Below are positions 12,238 to 20,998 of a stretch of 64,000 nt of DNA, piece after piece (position 1 is the first letter of the stretch; every line of letters begins with the position of its first letter). The DNA is from an uncultured Actinomycetes bacterium (GTDB lineage Bacteria > Actinomycetota > Thermoleophilia > UBA2241), in assembly GCA_963767005.1 (NCBI GenBank), contig CAVYCN010000003.1, positions 288,001-352,000 of the forward strand. The letters are read 5' to 3'. A program made the translations under genes and the position numbers. Under the pieces are notes generated by a model that searched no databases, was not told the origin of the DNA, and saw only the letters and a program-made list of their open reading frames with translations.

Positions 12238-13011
12238 TCAGCGCGTCTGCTGGCGGCGCAGGACGAGCTCGATGCCGCGCAGCGTGAGCGAGCGGTCGAC
12301 GGTCGAGATCGTGCGGCTGTGCGGCGCGATCAGCTGGGCCAGCCCCCCGGTGGCCACGACCGGCGCCTCGGCTCCGAGCTCGGCGCGGATCGCCTCGGCG
12401 ATGCCGTCGACCTGGCCGGCGAAGCCATACACGGCGCCCGAGCGCAGCGCCTCGGTCGTGTCGCGGCCGATGGCCCGACCGGGCTCGTCGAGGTCGACCT
12501 TGGTGAGGCGCGCGGCGCGCGTGGTGAGCGCCTCCATCGAGACCTCGACGCCGGGCGCGATCGAGCCGCCCACGTAGTCGCCCTGCTGGTCGACGACGTC
12601 GAAGTTGGTCGACGTCCCGAAGTCGACGACGATCACCGGTGCGCCGTAGGTCTCGAGGCCCGCGACCGCGTTGGCGACACGGTCGGCGCCGACCTCGGTC
12701 GGGTTCTTCAGGCGGATGCGGATGCCGGTCCGCACGCCGGGACCGAGCACGAAGGGCGCGAGCTCGAGGTGCTTCTGGCTCATCGTCACCCACTTGGTGG
12801 TCAGCGTCGGCACCACCGAGGCGATCGCGACCTCGTCGACCGTCTCCCTGAGACGCTCGCCGAGCAGCGAGAAGAAGCCCTGGAGCAGGCCGGCGAGCTC
12901 GTCGGCCGTGCGGTGCCGCACGGTCGCGATACGCCAGTCGGCCACGATCGCGCCGCCGTCCATGAGGCCGATCACGGTCTGCGTGTTGCCGACGTCGACG
13001 GCCAGGAGCAT
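12238..13011 (-). CDS. coaX: Type III pantothenate kinase
   Basis: LLAVDVGNT, GADR, VVDFGTST, GGSIAPG and ATGG motifs. Confidence 0.95.
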   Translation of the reverse strand: MLLAVDVGNTQTVIGLMDGGAIVADWRIATVRHRTADELAGLLQGFFSLLGERLRETVDEVAIASVVPTLTTKWVTMSQKHLELAPFVLGPGVRTGIRIRLKNPTEVGADRVANAVAGLETYGAPVIVVDFGTSTNFDVVDQQGDYVGGSIAPGVEVSMEALTTRAARLTKVDLDEPGRAIGRDTTEALRSGAVYGFAGQVDGIAEAIRAELGAEAPVVATGGLAQLIAPHSRTISTVDRSLTLRGIELVLRRQQTR

Positions 13012-13013
13012 CA

Positions 13014-13130
13014 GTACCGCCCAGCGACTGCGTCGTCGCCGCTCAGCCAGGTGTGACCACGTTGCACCGCTCGTACCGTCGAGCGACTGCGTCGTCGCCG
13101 CTCAGCCAGGTGACTACGTTGCACGGCTCG
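13014..13130. repeat. About 59-bp imperfect tandem duplication between nadC and coaX
   Basis: Core AGCGACTGCGTCGTCGCCGCTCAGCCAGGTG...ACGTTGCAC-GCTCGT occurs twice (about 13014-13072 and 13073-13130). Confidence 0.85.
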
Positions 13131-13974
13131 TCACCACCAGAGTGAGGTCGATCCAGGGCGCGGCGGTCGTGAGAGCGCCGACCGAGATCACGTCGACGCC
13201 AGCCTGCGCGTAGTCGCGCACGCGATCGAGCGTGACGCCGCCGGAGACCTCGATCACCGCCCGGCCGGCCACGCGCGCCACGGCGGCGCGCACGGCGGCG
13301 ACGTCCATGTTGTCGAGCAGGACGACCGGCACGGCGGCCTCGAGCGCCTCGTCGAGCTGCTCGACCGTGTCGACCTCGACCTCGAGCAGGTGGGCGTGCG
13401 ACAGGCCGGCGCGCACCGCGGCCACGGCCGCGGTCACGCCGCCGGCCGCCGCCACGTGGTTGTCCTTGATCATGGCCCCGTCGTAGAGCCCGAACCTGTG
13501 CGGGCTGCCGCCGCCGTCGACGATCGCCTGCTTCTCGAGGGCGCGTAGCCCCGGCGTGGTCTTGCGGGTCCCGGCGATCACTGCCCGCGTACCGGCCGCC
13601 TCGGCCACGTAGCGCGCCGTGAGGGTCGCCACGCCGGACAGGCGGGCCAAGAAATTGAGGCCGGTGCGCTCGAGCGCGAGGATGCTCGACAGGCGACCGG
13701 CGAGCGCGACGAGCGTGCGACCGGCGGTGAACGGCTCGCCGGCCTGCAGCCGCGCTTCGACCTCGAGCCCGGGATCGACGAGGCGAGCGGCCTCGAGGAA
13801 CGGCGCGAGACCCGACAGCACGCCGGCGGCGCGCGCCTCGACGCGGGCGCTGCCGGGGCCGTCGAAGACGCGCCCGGTGAGGTCGCCGAGGCCGGACAGG
13901 TCTTCGGCGAGCGCCCTGCGGGCGGCGGCGTGCGCCGCCGCCCGCAGGGCCTGCTCGGACAGGCCGGCCGTCAC
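13114..13974 (-). CDS. nadC: Nicotinate-nucleotide pyrophosphorylase (quinolinate phosphoribosyltransferase)
   Basis: TRKTTPG, HRFGLYD, IKDNH, EVEVD, LLDNM and ISVGALT motifs; GTG start overlaps the nadB stop. Confidence 0.95.
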   Translation of the reverse strand: MTAGLSEQALRAAAHAAARRALAEDLSGLGDLTGRVFDGPGSARVEARAAGVLSGLAPFLEAARLVDPGLEVEARLQAGEPFTAGRTLVALAGRLSSILALERTGLNFLARLSGVATLTARYVAEAAGTRAVIAGTRKTTPGLRALEKQAIVDGGGSPHRFGLYDGAMIKDNHVAAAGGVTAAVAAVRAGLSHAHLLEVEVDTVEQLDEALEAAVPVVLLDNMDVAAVRAAVARVAGRAVIEVSGGVTLDRVRDYAQAGVDVISVGALTTAAPWIDLTLVVTSRAT

Positions 13975-15596
13975 GCGTGCTCCACGGCAGCGGGCCGGCC
14001 GGGCAGCCGCAGCGTGATGTGGCGCTGCCAGTCGCGGTCGTCGCGCTCGGGATGGTCGTCGCGCACGTGCACGCCACGGGTCTCCTCGCGCAGCAGGGCG
14101 CACTTGGTGATCTGGGTGGCCAGCGTGAGCACGTTGAGCAGCTCGAACTCGGGCGGCCCGGCGGCACCGAGCCGCAGCCCCGAGTTGATCGCGCTCAGCC
14201 GTTCGAGGGCCTCGATGAGCGCGTCCTCGGTGCGCACCCAGCCGACCTTGTCAGCCATGAGGGCCGTCACGCCGGCGCGCAGCGAGGCGACGTCGGTCGC
14301 GGCCGCCACGTCGCCCGATGCCGAGGGCAGCTCGAACTGCAGGCGCCGGACGTCCTCGCCGAGACGCCCGATGTAGCGGTCGAGGTGGCGCACCACCCGG
14401 TCGCCGAACACGAGGCCCTCGAGCAGCGAGTTCGAGGCCAGCCGGTTGGCGCCGTGGACGCCTGTGCTCGCCACCTCGCCGGCGGCGTAGAGCCCGGGCA
14501 CGGTGGTGCGGCCCCAGACGTCGGTGACGACGCCTCCGATGAAGTAGTGCGCGACGGGCGCGACGGGGATGAGGTCGCGCGCGAGGTCGAGGTCGTGCTC
14601 GGCGAGCAGGGCCGTGACCCGCGGGAAACGCTCGCGCAGCATCGTCGCGTCGAGCGCGGTCGCGTCGAGGAAGACGTGCGACGTACCGTCGCGGCGCATC
14701 TGGTCGATCATGCCGCGCACGACGACGTCGCGCGCGGCGAGCTCGGCCTTGGGGTCGACCGCGGGCATGAAGCGCTCTCCGGCGCTGCTGCGCAGGAGCG
14801 CGCCCTCGCCGCGCAGGGCCTCGGTGATGAGCGGCGTCGGCGAGCCTCCGACGGCGAGCCCGGTCGGGTGGAACTGGACGAACTCGAGGTCGCGGATCGA
14901 GGCACCGGCCCGATAGGCCATGGCGACACCGTCGCCCGTCGCGACCGTGGGGTTCGTCGTGCGCGCGTAGACCTGGCCGGCGCCGCCGGTCGCGAGGATG
15001 GTGACCATCGCGAGGTTCAGCGTGTACTCGCCGTCGGCGAGGTTGAGCGAGAGGGCGCCGATGCAGCGTCCGTCGATCGTGAGCAGGTCGATCACGAACT
15101 CGTCCTCGTAGAGCTGCACGCGGCTGCCCAGACGGGCCGCCTCGGACAGGGCGCTCGACACCTCGCGGCCCGTGGCGTCGCCGCCGGCGTGGACCACGCG
15201 CCGCACCGAGTGCGCGCCCTCGCGACCGAGCACGATCTCGCCGTTCTGGCGATCGAAGCGCGGGCAGATCTCGATGAGCTCGCGGACGCGGTCGGGTCCT
15301 TCGTTTACGAGCACGCGCACGGCTTCGGGATCGCAAAGGCCGGCGCCGGCAGCGACCGTGTCCTTGAAGTGCAGGTCGGGCGAGTCGGCCTCGCCGAGGG
15401 CCGCCGCGATGCCGCCCTGGGCGAGGAAGGTGGTGGTGTCGTTCAGGCTCGCCTTGGTGAGCAGGCCGACGCGCCAGCGACGGGCGGCCGCGATGGCCGC
15501 CGTAAGGCCGGCGATGCCGCCGCCGAGCACGAGCACGTCGAACTGCCGGCGCAGCAGCGGCCGGTCGGGCACGCTGCCGATGTAGGGGCGCGGCAC
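13971..15596 (-). CDS. nadB: L-aspartate oxidase
   Basis: GGGIAG, AQGGIA, EGAHS, QFHPT, TEALRGEG and HGANRLASNSLLEG motifs. Confidence 0.95.
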   Translation of the reverse strand: MPRPYIGSVPDRPLLRRQFDVLVLGGGIAGLTAAIAAARRWRVGLLTKASLNDTTTFLAQGGIAAALGEADSPDLHFKDTVAAGAGLCDPEAVRVLVNEGPDRVRELIEICPRFDRQNGEIVLGREGAHSVRRVVHAGGDATGREVSSALSEAARLGSRVQLYEDEFVIDLLTIDGRCIGALSLNLADGEYTLNLAMVTILATGGAGQVYARTTNPTVATGDGVAMAYRAGASIRDLEFVQFHPTGLAVGGSPTPLITEALRGEGALLRSSAGERFMPAVDPKAELAARDVVVRGMIDQMRRDGTSHVFLDATALDATMLRERFPRVTALLAEHDLDLARDLIPVAPVAHYFIGGVVTDVWGRTTVPGLYAAGEVASTGVHGANRLASNSLLEGLVFGDRVVRHLDRYIGRLGEDVRRLQFELPSASGDVAAATDVASLRAGVTALMADKVGWVRTEDALIEALERLSAINSGLRLGAAGPPEFELLNVLTLATQITKCALLREETRGVHVRDDHPERDDRDWQRHITLRLPGRPAAVEHA

Positions 15597-15667
15597 GGCG
15601 CTCAGCGACCGGCCGCGGGGCGGATCCGCGTCGGCCAGAGTGGCGGGGTGGCGTCGATGGTCGTGGG

Positions 15668-16186
15668 TCAGTCCTCCGCGACGTACGGCTTGACGTCCTG
15701 GCGTGCGGCCAGCTCGGCGGCGAGGCCGGCCACGTCGACCCGCGGCATGTCACGCGCGAGCGACCACAGCTCGGCGAGCGGCACGAGCACGAAGGCCCGC
15801 TGCCACAGGCGTGGGTGCGGGAGCGTGAGCTCCTGGTCGGCGCTCTCGACGCCTTGGAAGAGGAGTATATCGACATCGAGGGTGCGCGGGCCAAAGCGCA
15901 CGTCGCGCAGGCGCCCGGCTTCGTCCTCGATGCGCTGGGCGGCGGCGAGCAGCTCGGCGGGGCTGAGCGTGGTCTCGAGGGCGACGACCTGGTTCAGGAA
16001 CGCTGGCTGGTCGACCAGGTCCTGCGGCGCCGTCTCGTAGACCCGCGAGCTCGCGCGCAGCGTGGTGCCGGGCAGCGCGGCGAGCGCGGCGCGGGCGGCG
16101 CCCAGCGCCGCGGCACGCTCGCCCAGGTTCGCGCCGAGCGACAGGTAAGCCAGACGACGCTCGCCGGCGCGCGCGCCCCCGCTCAT
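15668..16186 (-). CDS. folK: 2-amino-4-hydroxy-6-hydroxymethyldihydropteridine pyrophosphokinase
   Basis: YLSLGANLG, FLNQV, GPRTLDVDIL and LPHPR motifs. Confidence 0.95.
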   Translation of the reverse strand: MSGGARAGERRLAYLSLGANLGERAAALGAARAALAALPGTTLRASSRVYETAPQDLVDQPAFLNQVVALETTLSPAELLAAAQRIEDEAGRLRDVRFGPRTLDVDILLFQGVESADQELTLPHPRLWQRAFVLVPLAELWSLARDMPRVDVAGLAAELAARQDVKPYVAED

Positions 16187-16554
16187 CGGCGGTAGGAGAT
16201 CTCGGCGCCGGCCCAGGCGGCCGGCAGGCTCCCCGGCGAAGGCTTGCGCACCAGGACGTGCAGCTCGGCGAGCTCGCGGGCGCCCCAGATGCGGTCGGCG
16301 ATCTCGGTCGCGAGGCGCTCGAGCAGGCGGTAGGGGCGCTCGGCAGCGGTCGCCACCGCGAGGCGCCCCAGGGCGCCGTAGTCGACGGTCTGCGCGACGT
16401 CGTCGGCGGCGTAGTCGGAGACGAGGAGCGGCGTGAGCCGCAGGTCGACGAGGAGCGTCTGCGGCGCGCGCCGCTCCTCGTCGGTCACGCCGACGTGGCA
16501 GGCCGCCTGGAGCCCGCTGAGGCTGATCTCGACCGACCGCTCCGGGCTCGTCAC
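16183..16554 (-). CDS. folB: Dihydroneopterin aldolase
   Basis: HVGVTDEER, TVDYG, LLERLA and VRKP motifs; lies between folP and folK. Confidence 0.9.
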   Translation of the reverse strand: MTSPERSVEISLSGLQAACHVGVTDEERRAPQTLLVDLRLTPLLVSDYAADDVAQTVDYGALGRLAVATAAERPYRLLERLATEIADRIWGARELAELHVLVRKPSPGSLPAAWAGAEISYRR

Positions 16555-17390
16555 GCCGGCGCCTCCGCCACGGCGAGGATGGCCTGCGCCACGCGCAGGG
16601 CCTCGACATTGGGCCGCACGTCGTGCACGCGCAGCACGGCGGCCCCGCGGGCCAGGCCGAGCACCGTGGTCGCCACGGTCCCGACCACGCGCTCGCCGGG
16701 CCCGAGCCCGAGCAGCGCGCCGATGAAACGCTTGCGCGAGGCCCCGAGCACGACCGGCCGGCCGATGGCGGCGATCCGGTCGAGGTGGGCGAGGAGCGCG
16801 AGGTTGTGCGCGAGCGTCTTGCCGAACCCGATGCCGGGGTCGAGCAGCACCTGCTCCTCGCGCACGCCGGCAGCCACGGCGGCCGCGAGGCGCGCCTCGA
16901 GGAACGCCGTCACCTCGGCCACGACGTCGTCGTAGCGGGGGTCGTCCTGCATCGTGCGCGGCTCGCCCAGCATGTGCATGAGGCACACCGGGCAGCCCCG
17001 CTCGGCCACGAGGGCGGCCATGGCGGGATCGCCGCGCAGAGCGGTGACGTCGTTGACGATCGCCGCGCCGGCGTCGAGCGCCGCGCGCGCCACCGCCGCC
17101 TTGGTGGTGTCGACCGACAGGACGACCGGCGAGACGGCCGCGAGACCCTCGACGACGGGCACGACACGGCGCACCTCCTCGTCGACGGGTACCGGGTCGG
17201 AACCCGGCCGGGTCGACTCGCCGCCGATGTCGAGGATCGCCGCGCCCTCAGCGGCCAGGCGCAGACCGTGCGCCACGGCCGACCCAGTGTCGGCGTGCTC
17301 GCCGCCGTCGGAGAACGAGTCGGGCGTCGCGTTGACGATGCCCATCACGCAGGGCAGCGCGACCGGCAGATCTGTGGGGGGATAGTGCAC
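16551..17390 (-). CDS. folP: Dihydropteroate synthase
   Basis: MGIVNATPDSFSDGG, GGESTRPG, DPGIGFGK, SRKRF and RVHDV motifs. Confidence 0.96.
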   Translation of the reverse strand: MHYPPTDLPVALPCVMGIVNATPDSFSDGGEHADTGSAVAHGLRLAAEGAAILDIGGESTRPGSDPVPVDEEVRRVVPVVEGLAAVSPVVLSVDTTKAAVARAALDAGAAIVNDVTALRGDPAMAALVAERGCPVCLMHMLGEPRTMQDDPRYDDVVAEVTAFLEARLAAAVAAGVREEQVLLDPGIGFGKTLAHNLALLAHLDRIAAIGRPVVLGASRKRFIGALLGLGPGERVVGTVATTVLGLARGAAVLRVHDVRPNVEALRVAQAILAVAEAPA

Positions 17391-17408
17391 GGGGTCGGCG
17401 GCGAGCGC

Positions 17409-17975
17409 CTAGCGGCGTGCGTTGATGAGCGTGAGCACCTCGGCCCGCGTCGCCTCGTTGGACTCGACGATGCCGCGCACGGCGCTGGTCACGGTCTTGG
17501 CCCCGGGGCTGCGCACGCCGCGCATGGACATGCAGAGGTGCTCTGCCTCGATCAGGACGAGCGCGCCCAGCGGGTGGAGGGTGTCGACGATCGTGTCGGC
17601 GAGCTCGCTCGTGATGCGTTCCTGCAACTGAGGGCGAGCGGCGATCGTGCGCACCACCCTGGCGAGCTTGGAGAGCCCGGCGATGTGCCCGCTCGTGCTC
17701 GGGATGTAGGCGACGTGCGCGGTGCCGACGAAGGGCAGGAGGTGATGCTCGCAGACCGAGTAGAAGGCGATGTCGCGCACGAGCACCATCTCGTGATGGT
17801 GGTCGTCGCTCATCGGCACGAGGAGCTCGCGGGGGTCGGCCTCGAGGCCGAAGAAGATGTCGTCCCACATGTCGGCGACCCGTCGCGGGGTCTCGCGCAG
17901 TCCCGGCCGCGTCGGGTCGTCGCCGATGCCTTCGAGGAAGAGGAGTACCGCCTGCTCTATCTTGTCCCTGTCCAC
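17409..17975 (-). CDS. folE: GTP cyclohydrolase I
   Basis: SVCEHHLLPF, GLSKLAR, QLQERIT and HLCMSMRG motifs. Confidence 0.96.
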   Translation of the reverse strand: MDRDKIEQAVLLFLEGIGDDPTRPGLRETPRRVADMWDDIFFGLEADPRELLVPMSDDHHHEMVLVRDIAFYSVCEHHLLPFVGTAHVAYIPSTSGHIAGLSKLARVVRTIAARPQLQERITSELADTIVDTLHPLGALVLIEAEHLCMSMRGVRSPGAKTVTSAVRGIVESNEATRAEVLTLINARR

Positions 17976-18002
17976 CGGCCGGATGAGCGTGGGAGCCGAA
18001 GC

Positions 18003-20349
18003 TCAGGTAGTCTCGGGGTTGAGCGGGTTGACCGGCGAGGGCTGTCCCACCCGGGGCGTGCGCGGCGTGGGCCGCCGGTCGCCGACGCCCTCCTGCTCGC
18101 TGCGCTGGCGGGCCTTCTGGTCTTTGGCGGCAAAGACCTCCTCGGCCGGGGTGCCGCCAAGCAGCGCCTCGAACTCCTCGCGTTCGATCGTCTCGCGCTC
18201 GATCAGGATGGCGGCCACGCTGTCGAGCTGGCTGCGATGCTCGCCCAGCACGCCGCGGGCACGCTCGTGGGCATCGGCGATGATGCGCCTGATCTCCTCG
18301 TCGATCGCGCGGGCGATCTCCTCGGAGTAGTCGGGCTCCTGGTTGAAGTCTCTACCTAGGAAGGGCATCGCCTGGTTGTGGCCCAAGGTGCGCGGCCCGA
18401 GCAGCTCGCTCATGCCGTAGCGCATGATCATCTGCTTGGCGGTGTCGGTGGCCTTCTCCAAGTCGTTGGCGGCCCCGGTCGTGATCTCGGCAAAGACGAT
18501 CTCCTCGGCGGCCCGGCCGCCCAGGGTCATCGCCAGGGTGTCGTTTAACTCGCCCATCGTGGTCAGGAACTTATCCTCGGAGGGCAGCGAGATGGTAAAG
18601 CCCAAGGCGGCGCCGCGGGAGACGATCGAGATCTTGTGGACCGGGTCGGTGTGTTCCAGGTAGTGGGCCACCAGGGCGTGGCCCATCTCGTGGTAGGCGG
18701 TGATGCGGCGCTCGCGCTCGGAGAGCAGGCGGCTCTTCTTCTCGGGGCCGGCCAGCACGCGCATGATGCCCTCTTCGCACTCGGCCTGATCGATCGTCTT
18801 GCGGCCGTGCCGTGCGGCCAGCAGGGCGGCCTCGTTGACCAAGTTGGCCAGATCGGCGCCGGTGAAGCCCGGGGTCTGGGCGGCCAGGGTGTCTAAGATC
18901 CACGCCCTTGGCCAGCGGCTTACCGCGGGTGTGGACGGCAAGGATCGCCTGCCTTCCGATGCGGTCGGGGCGATCGACCACGATCTGGCGGTCGAAGCGG
19001 CCCGGGCGCAGCAGGGCGGGGTCCAAGATGTCGGGGCGGTTGGTGGCGGCGATCAGGATGATGTTGTCCTTCATCTCAAAGCCGTCCATCTCGACCAGGA
19101 GCTGGTTCAGGGTCTGCTCGCGCTCGTCGTGGCCGCCGCCCATGCCCGTCCCGCGGTGACGGCCCACCGCGTCGATCTCGTCCATGAAGATGATGCAGGG
19201 GCTGTTCTGCTTGGCCTGCTCGAACAGGTCCCTGACCCGCGAGGCGCCGACCCCGACGAACATCTCGACGAAGTCGGAGCCGGAGATGGAAAAGAAGGGC
19301 ACCCCGGCCTCACCGGCCACGGCGCGGGCCAGCAGCGTCTTGCCGGTGCCGGGCGGGCCGTAGAGCAGCACGCCCTTGGGGATGCGGGCGCCGAGCTGCT
19401 GGAACTTGCGCGGGTTCTCTAAGAACTCCTTGATCTCCTGGAGCTCCTCGACGGTCTCGTCGATGCCGGCCACATCGCGGAAGGTCACCTTGGGCGAGTC
19501 GACGCTCACGCGGCGGGCCCGGCTCTTGCCGAAGCTCATCACCTTGGAGCCGCCCCCCTGCATCTGGTTCATGATGAAGAACCAGAACGCGAGGATCAGC
19601 ACGACCGGCAGAACGAAGGTCAGCAGGCTGCTCCACAGCGGGCTGCCGGGGCTCTTCGACGTGAGCTGGACGTTGTACTGGTTGATCAGCTGCGTGGTGG
19701 TCGTGGTGTCGGGATAGGACACCGTGTACTTGGTCTTGCCGCCGGCGAGCGCCACCTGCAGCGTCTGGCTCTTGGTGTTCATCGCGACCGACTGGACGCG
19801 ACCGTTCTGCAGGTCGTTGACGAAGCTGGCCGGCGAGCTCCGGGTGGCGACGGTGCCGGCGACGGGCGTCACGTTGTACTTGGCGAGCAGCTGCGTGAAC
19901 GCCGTCGTGTCGGTGATCAGGACGCCGTAGGTGGCGCCGGCCGGCGTGGCTGAGCTCGAGCCGGTGGTCGCCGTACCCGAGGTCGACGCGGTCGCGCCGC
20001 TCGTGCTCGTCGCGCTCGGCGCCGGGCTCGATGTGCCCGACGTCGCCGCGCCCGACGTGGCGGTCGCGCTGCCGGCGGTCGCGCCGCTCTTGGCCGCCGT
20101 GCCGGTCGTGACGAGCGCGGCGTCGGTCTGCTCGTCGACCACGACCTTGCGCACGGTGCCGGCGGCGAGGTCGTTCGTGAGCCGTCCGATCGACTCCTGA
20201 GAGGTGTTCGAGACGGCCGTCGCGCCCTGGTAGACGTGCTTGGCCGCGCTCCCGCCGGAACCCCGGTGGCTCAGGAACATGTTGAGCACGAGCGCAAGGA
20301 CGATCACGACGAGGATCGGGAAGAACGCGCTCCGGATGAATCTGCTCAC
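18003..20349 (-). CDS. ftsH: ATP-dependent zinc metalloprotease FtsH, split by a +1 frameshift at about 18894
   Basis: ORF 18571-20349 has two TMs, [14 protein letters not shown] and the SRH motif. ORF 18003-18941 has TPGFTGADL and HEMGH. Removing one base at GAT CTT A GAC joins them as [15 protein letters not shown]. Confidence 0.93.
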
Positions 20350-20446
20350 GTCAACTCTCTTGCTGAGGCGGCCGACCGTCAGAATGGGGCGCCTGATGGA
20401 CGCCTGAGCCTAGCATACCCCTCGGCCGAGGGCAAAGAACCCCGCT

Positions 20447-20998
20447 TCAGGCGCCGTCGGTCTCGGCGATGGCCTCGGTGCGGACGCCGGCCACGTGGTC
20501 GAGCGTGCGGTACCGCTCGGCCCAGTCGAGCCCGTACCCGACGACGAAGACGTTCGGGATCTCGAAGCCGATGTACCGGCAGTCGAGGTTGATGCGGCGC
20601 CGTTCCGGCTTGGTGAGCAGGGCGCAGACCTCGAGCGAGGCCGGCTTGCGCGAGCGCAGGTTCTTGAGCAGGTAGCTGAGCGTGAGGCCCGAGTCGATGA
20701 TGTCCTCGACGATGAGGATGTCGCGCCCCTCGATCGGGTGGTCGAGGTCCTTGAGGATGCGCACGACACCCGACGAGTCGGTGGCCGAGCCGTAGCTCGT
20801 GACCGCCATGAAGTCGATCGAGCACGGGATGGTGAGCTCGCGGGCGAGGTCGGCCAGGAAGAACACGGCGCCCTTGAGCACGCCGACGAGCTCGAGGTCC
20901 TTGCCGGCGTAGTCGATCGAGATCTGCGCGCCGAGCTCCGCGATCTTGGCGCGCAGCTCGTCGCGCCCTACGAGGGTGTCGCCGATGGGGTCGATCAC
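20447..20998 (-). CDS. hpt: Hypoxanthine phosphoribosyltransferase
   Basis: VGVLKGA, LIVEDIIDSGLTL and FVVGYGLD motifs; GTG start overlaps the tilS stop. Confidence 0.96.
   Translation of the reverse strand: MIDPIGDTLVGRDELRAKIAELGAQISIDYAGKDLELVGVLKGAVFFLADLARELTIPCSIDFMAVTSYGSATDSSGVVRILKDLDHPIEGRDILIVEDIIDSGLTLSYLLKNLRSRKPASLEVCALLTKPERRRINLDCRYIGFEIPNVFVVGYGLDWAERYRTLDHVAGVRTEAIAETDGA

Noticed and set aside
13014-13130. Tandem repeats here (and at 1804-1879 and 27523-27564) as a mini-CRISPR array
   Set aside because: Only two or three units, no series of unique spacers of regular length, and no cas genes.
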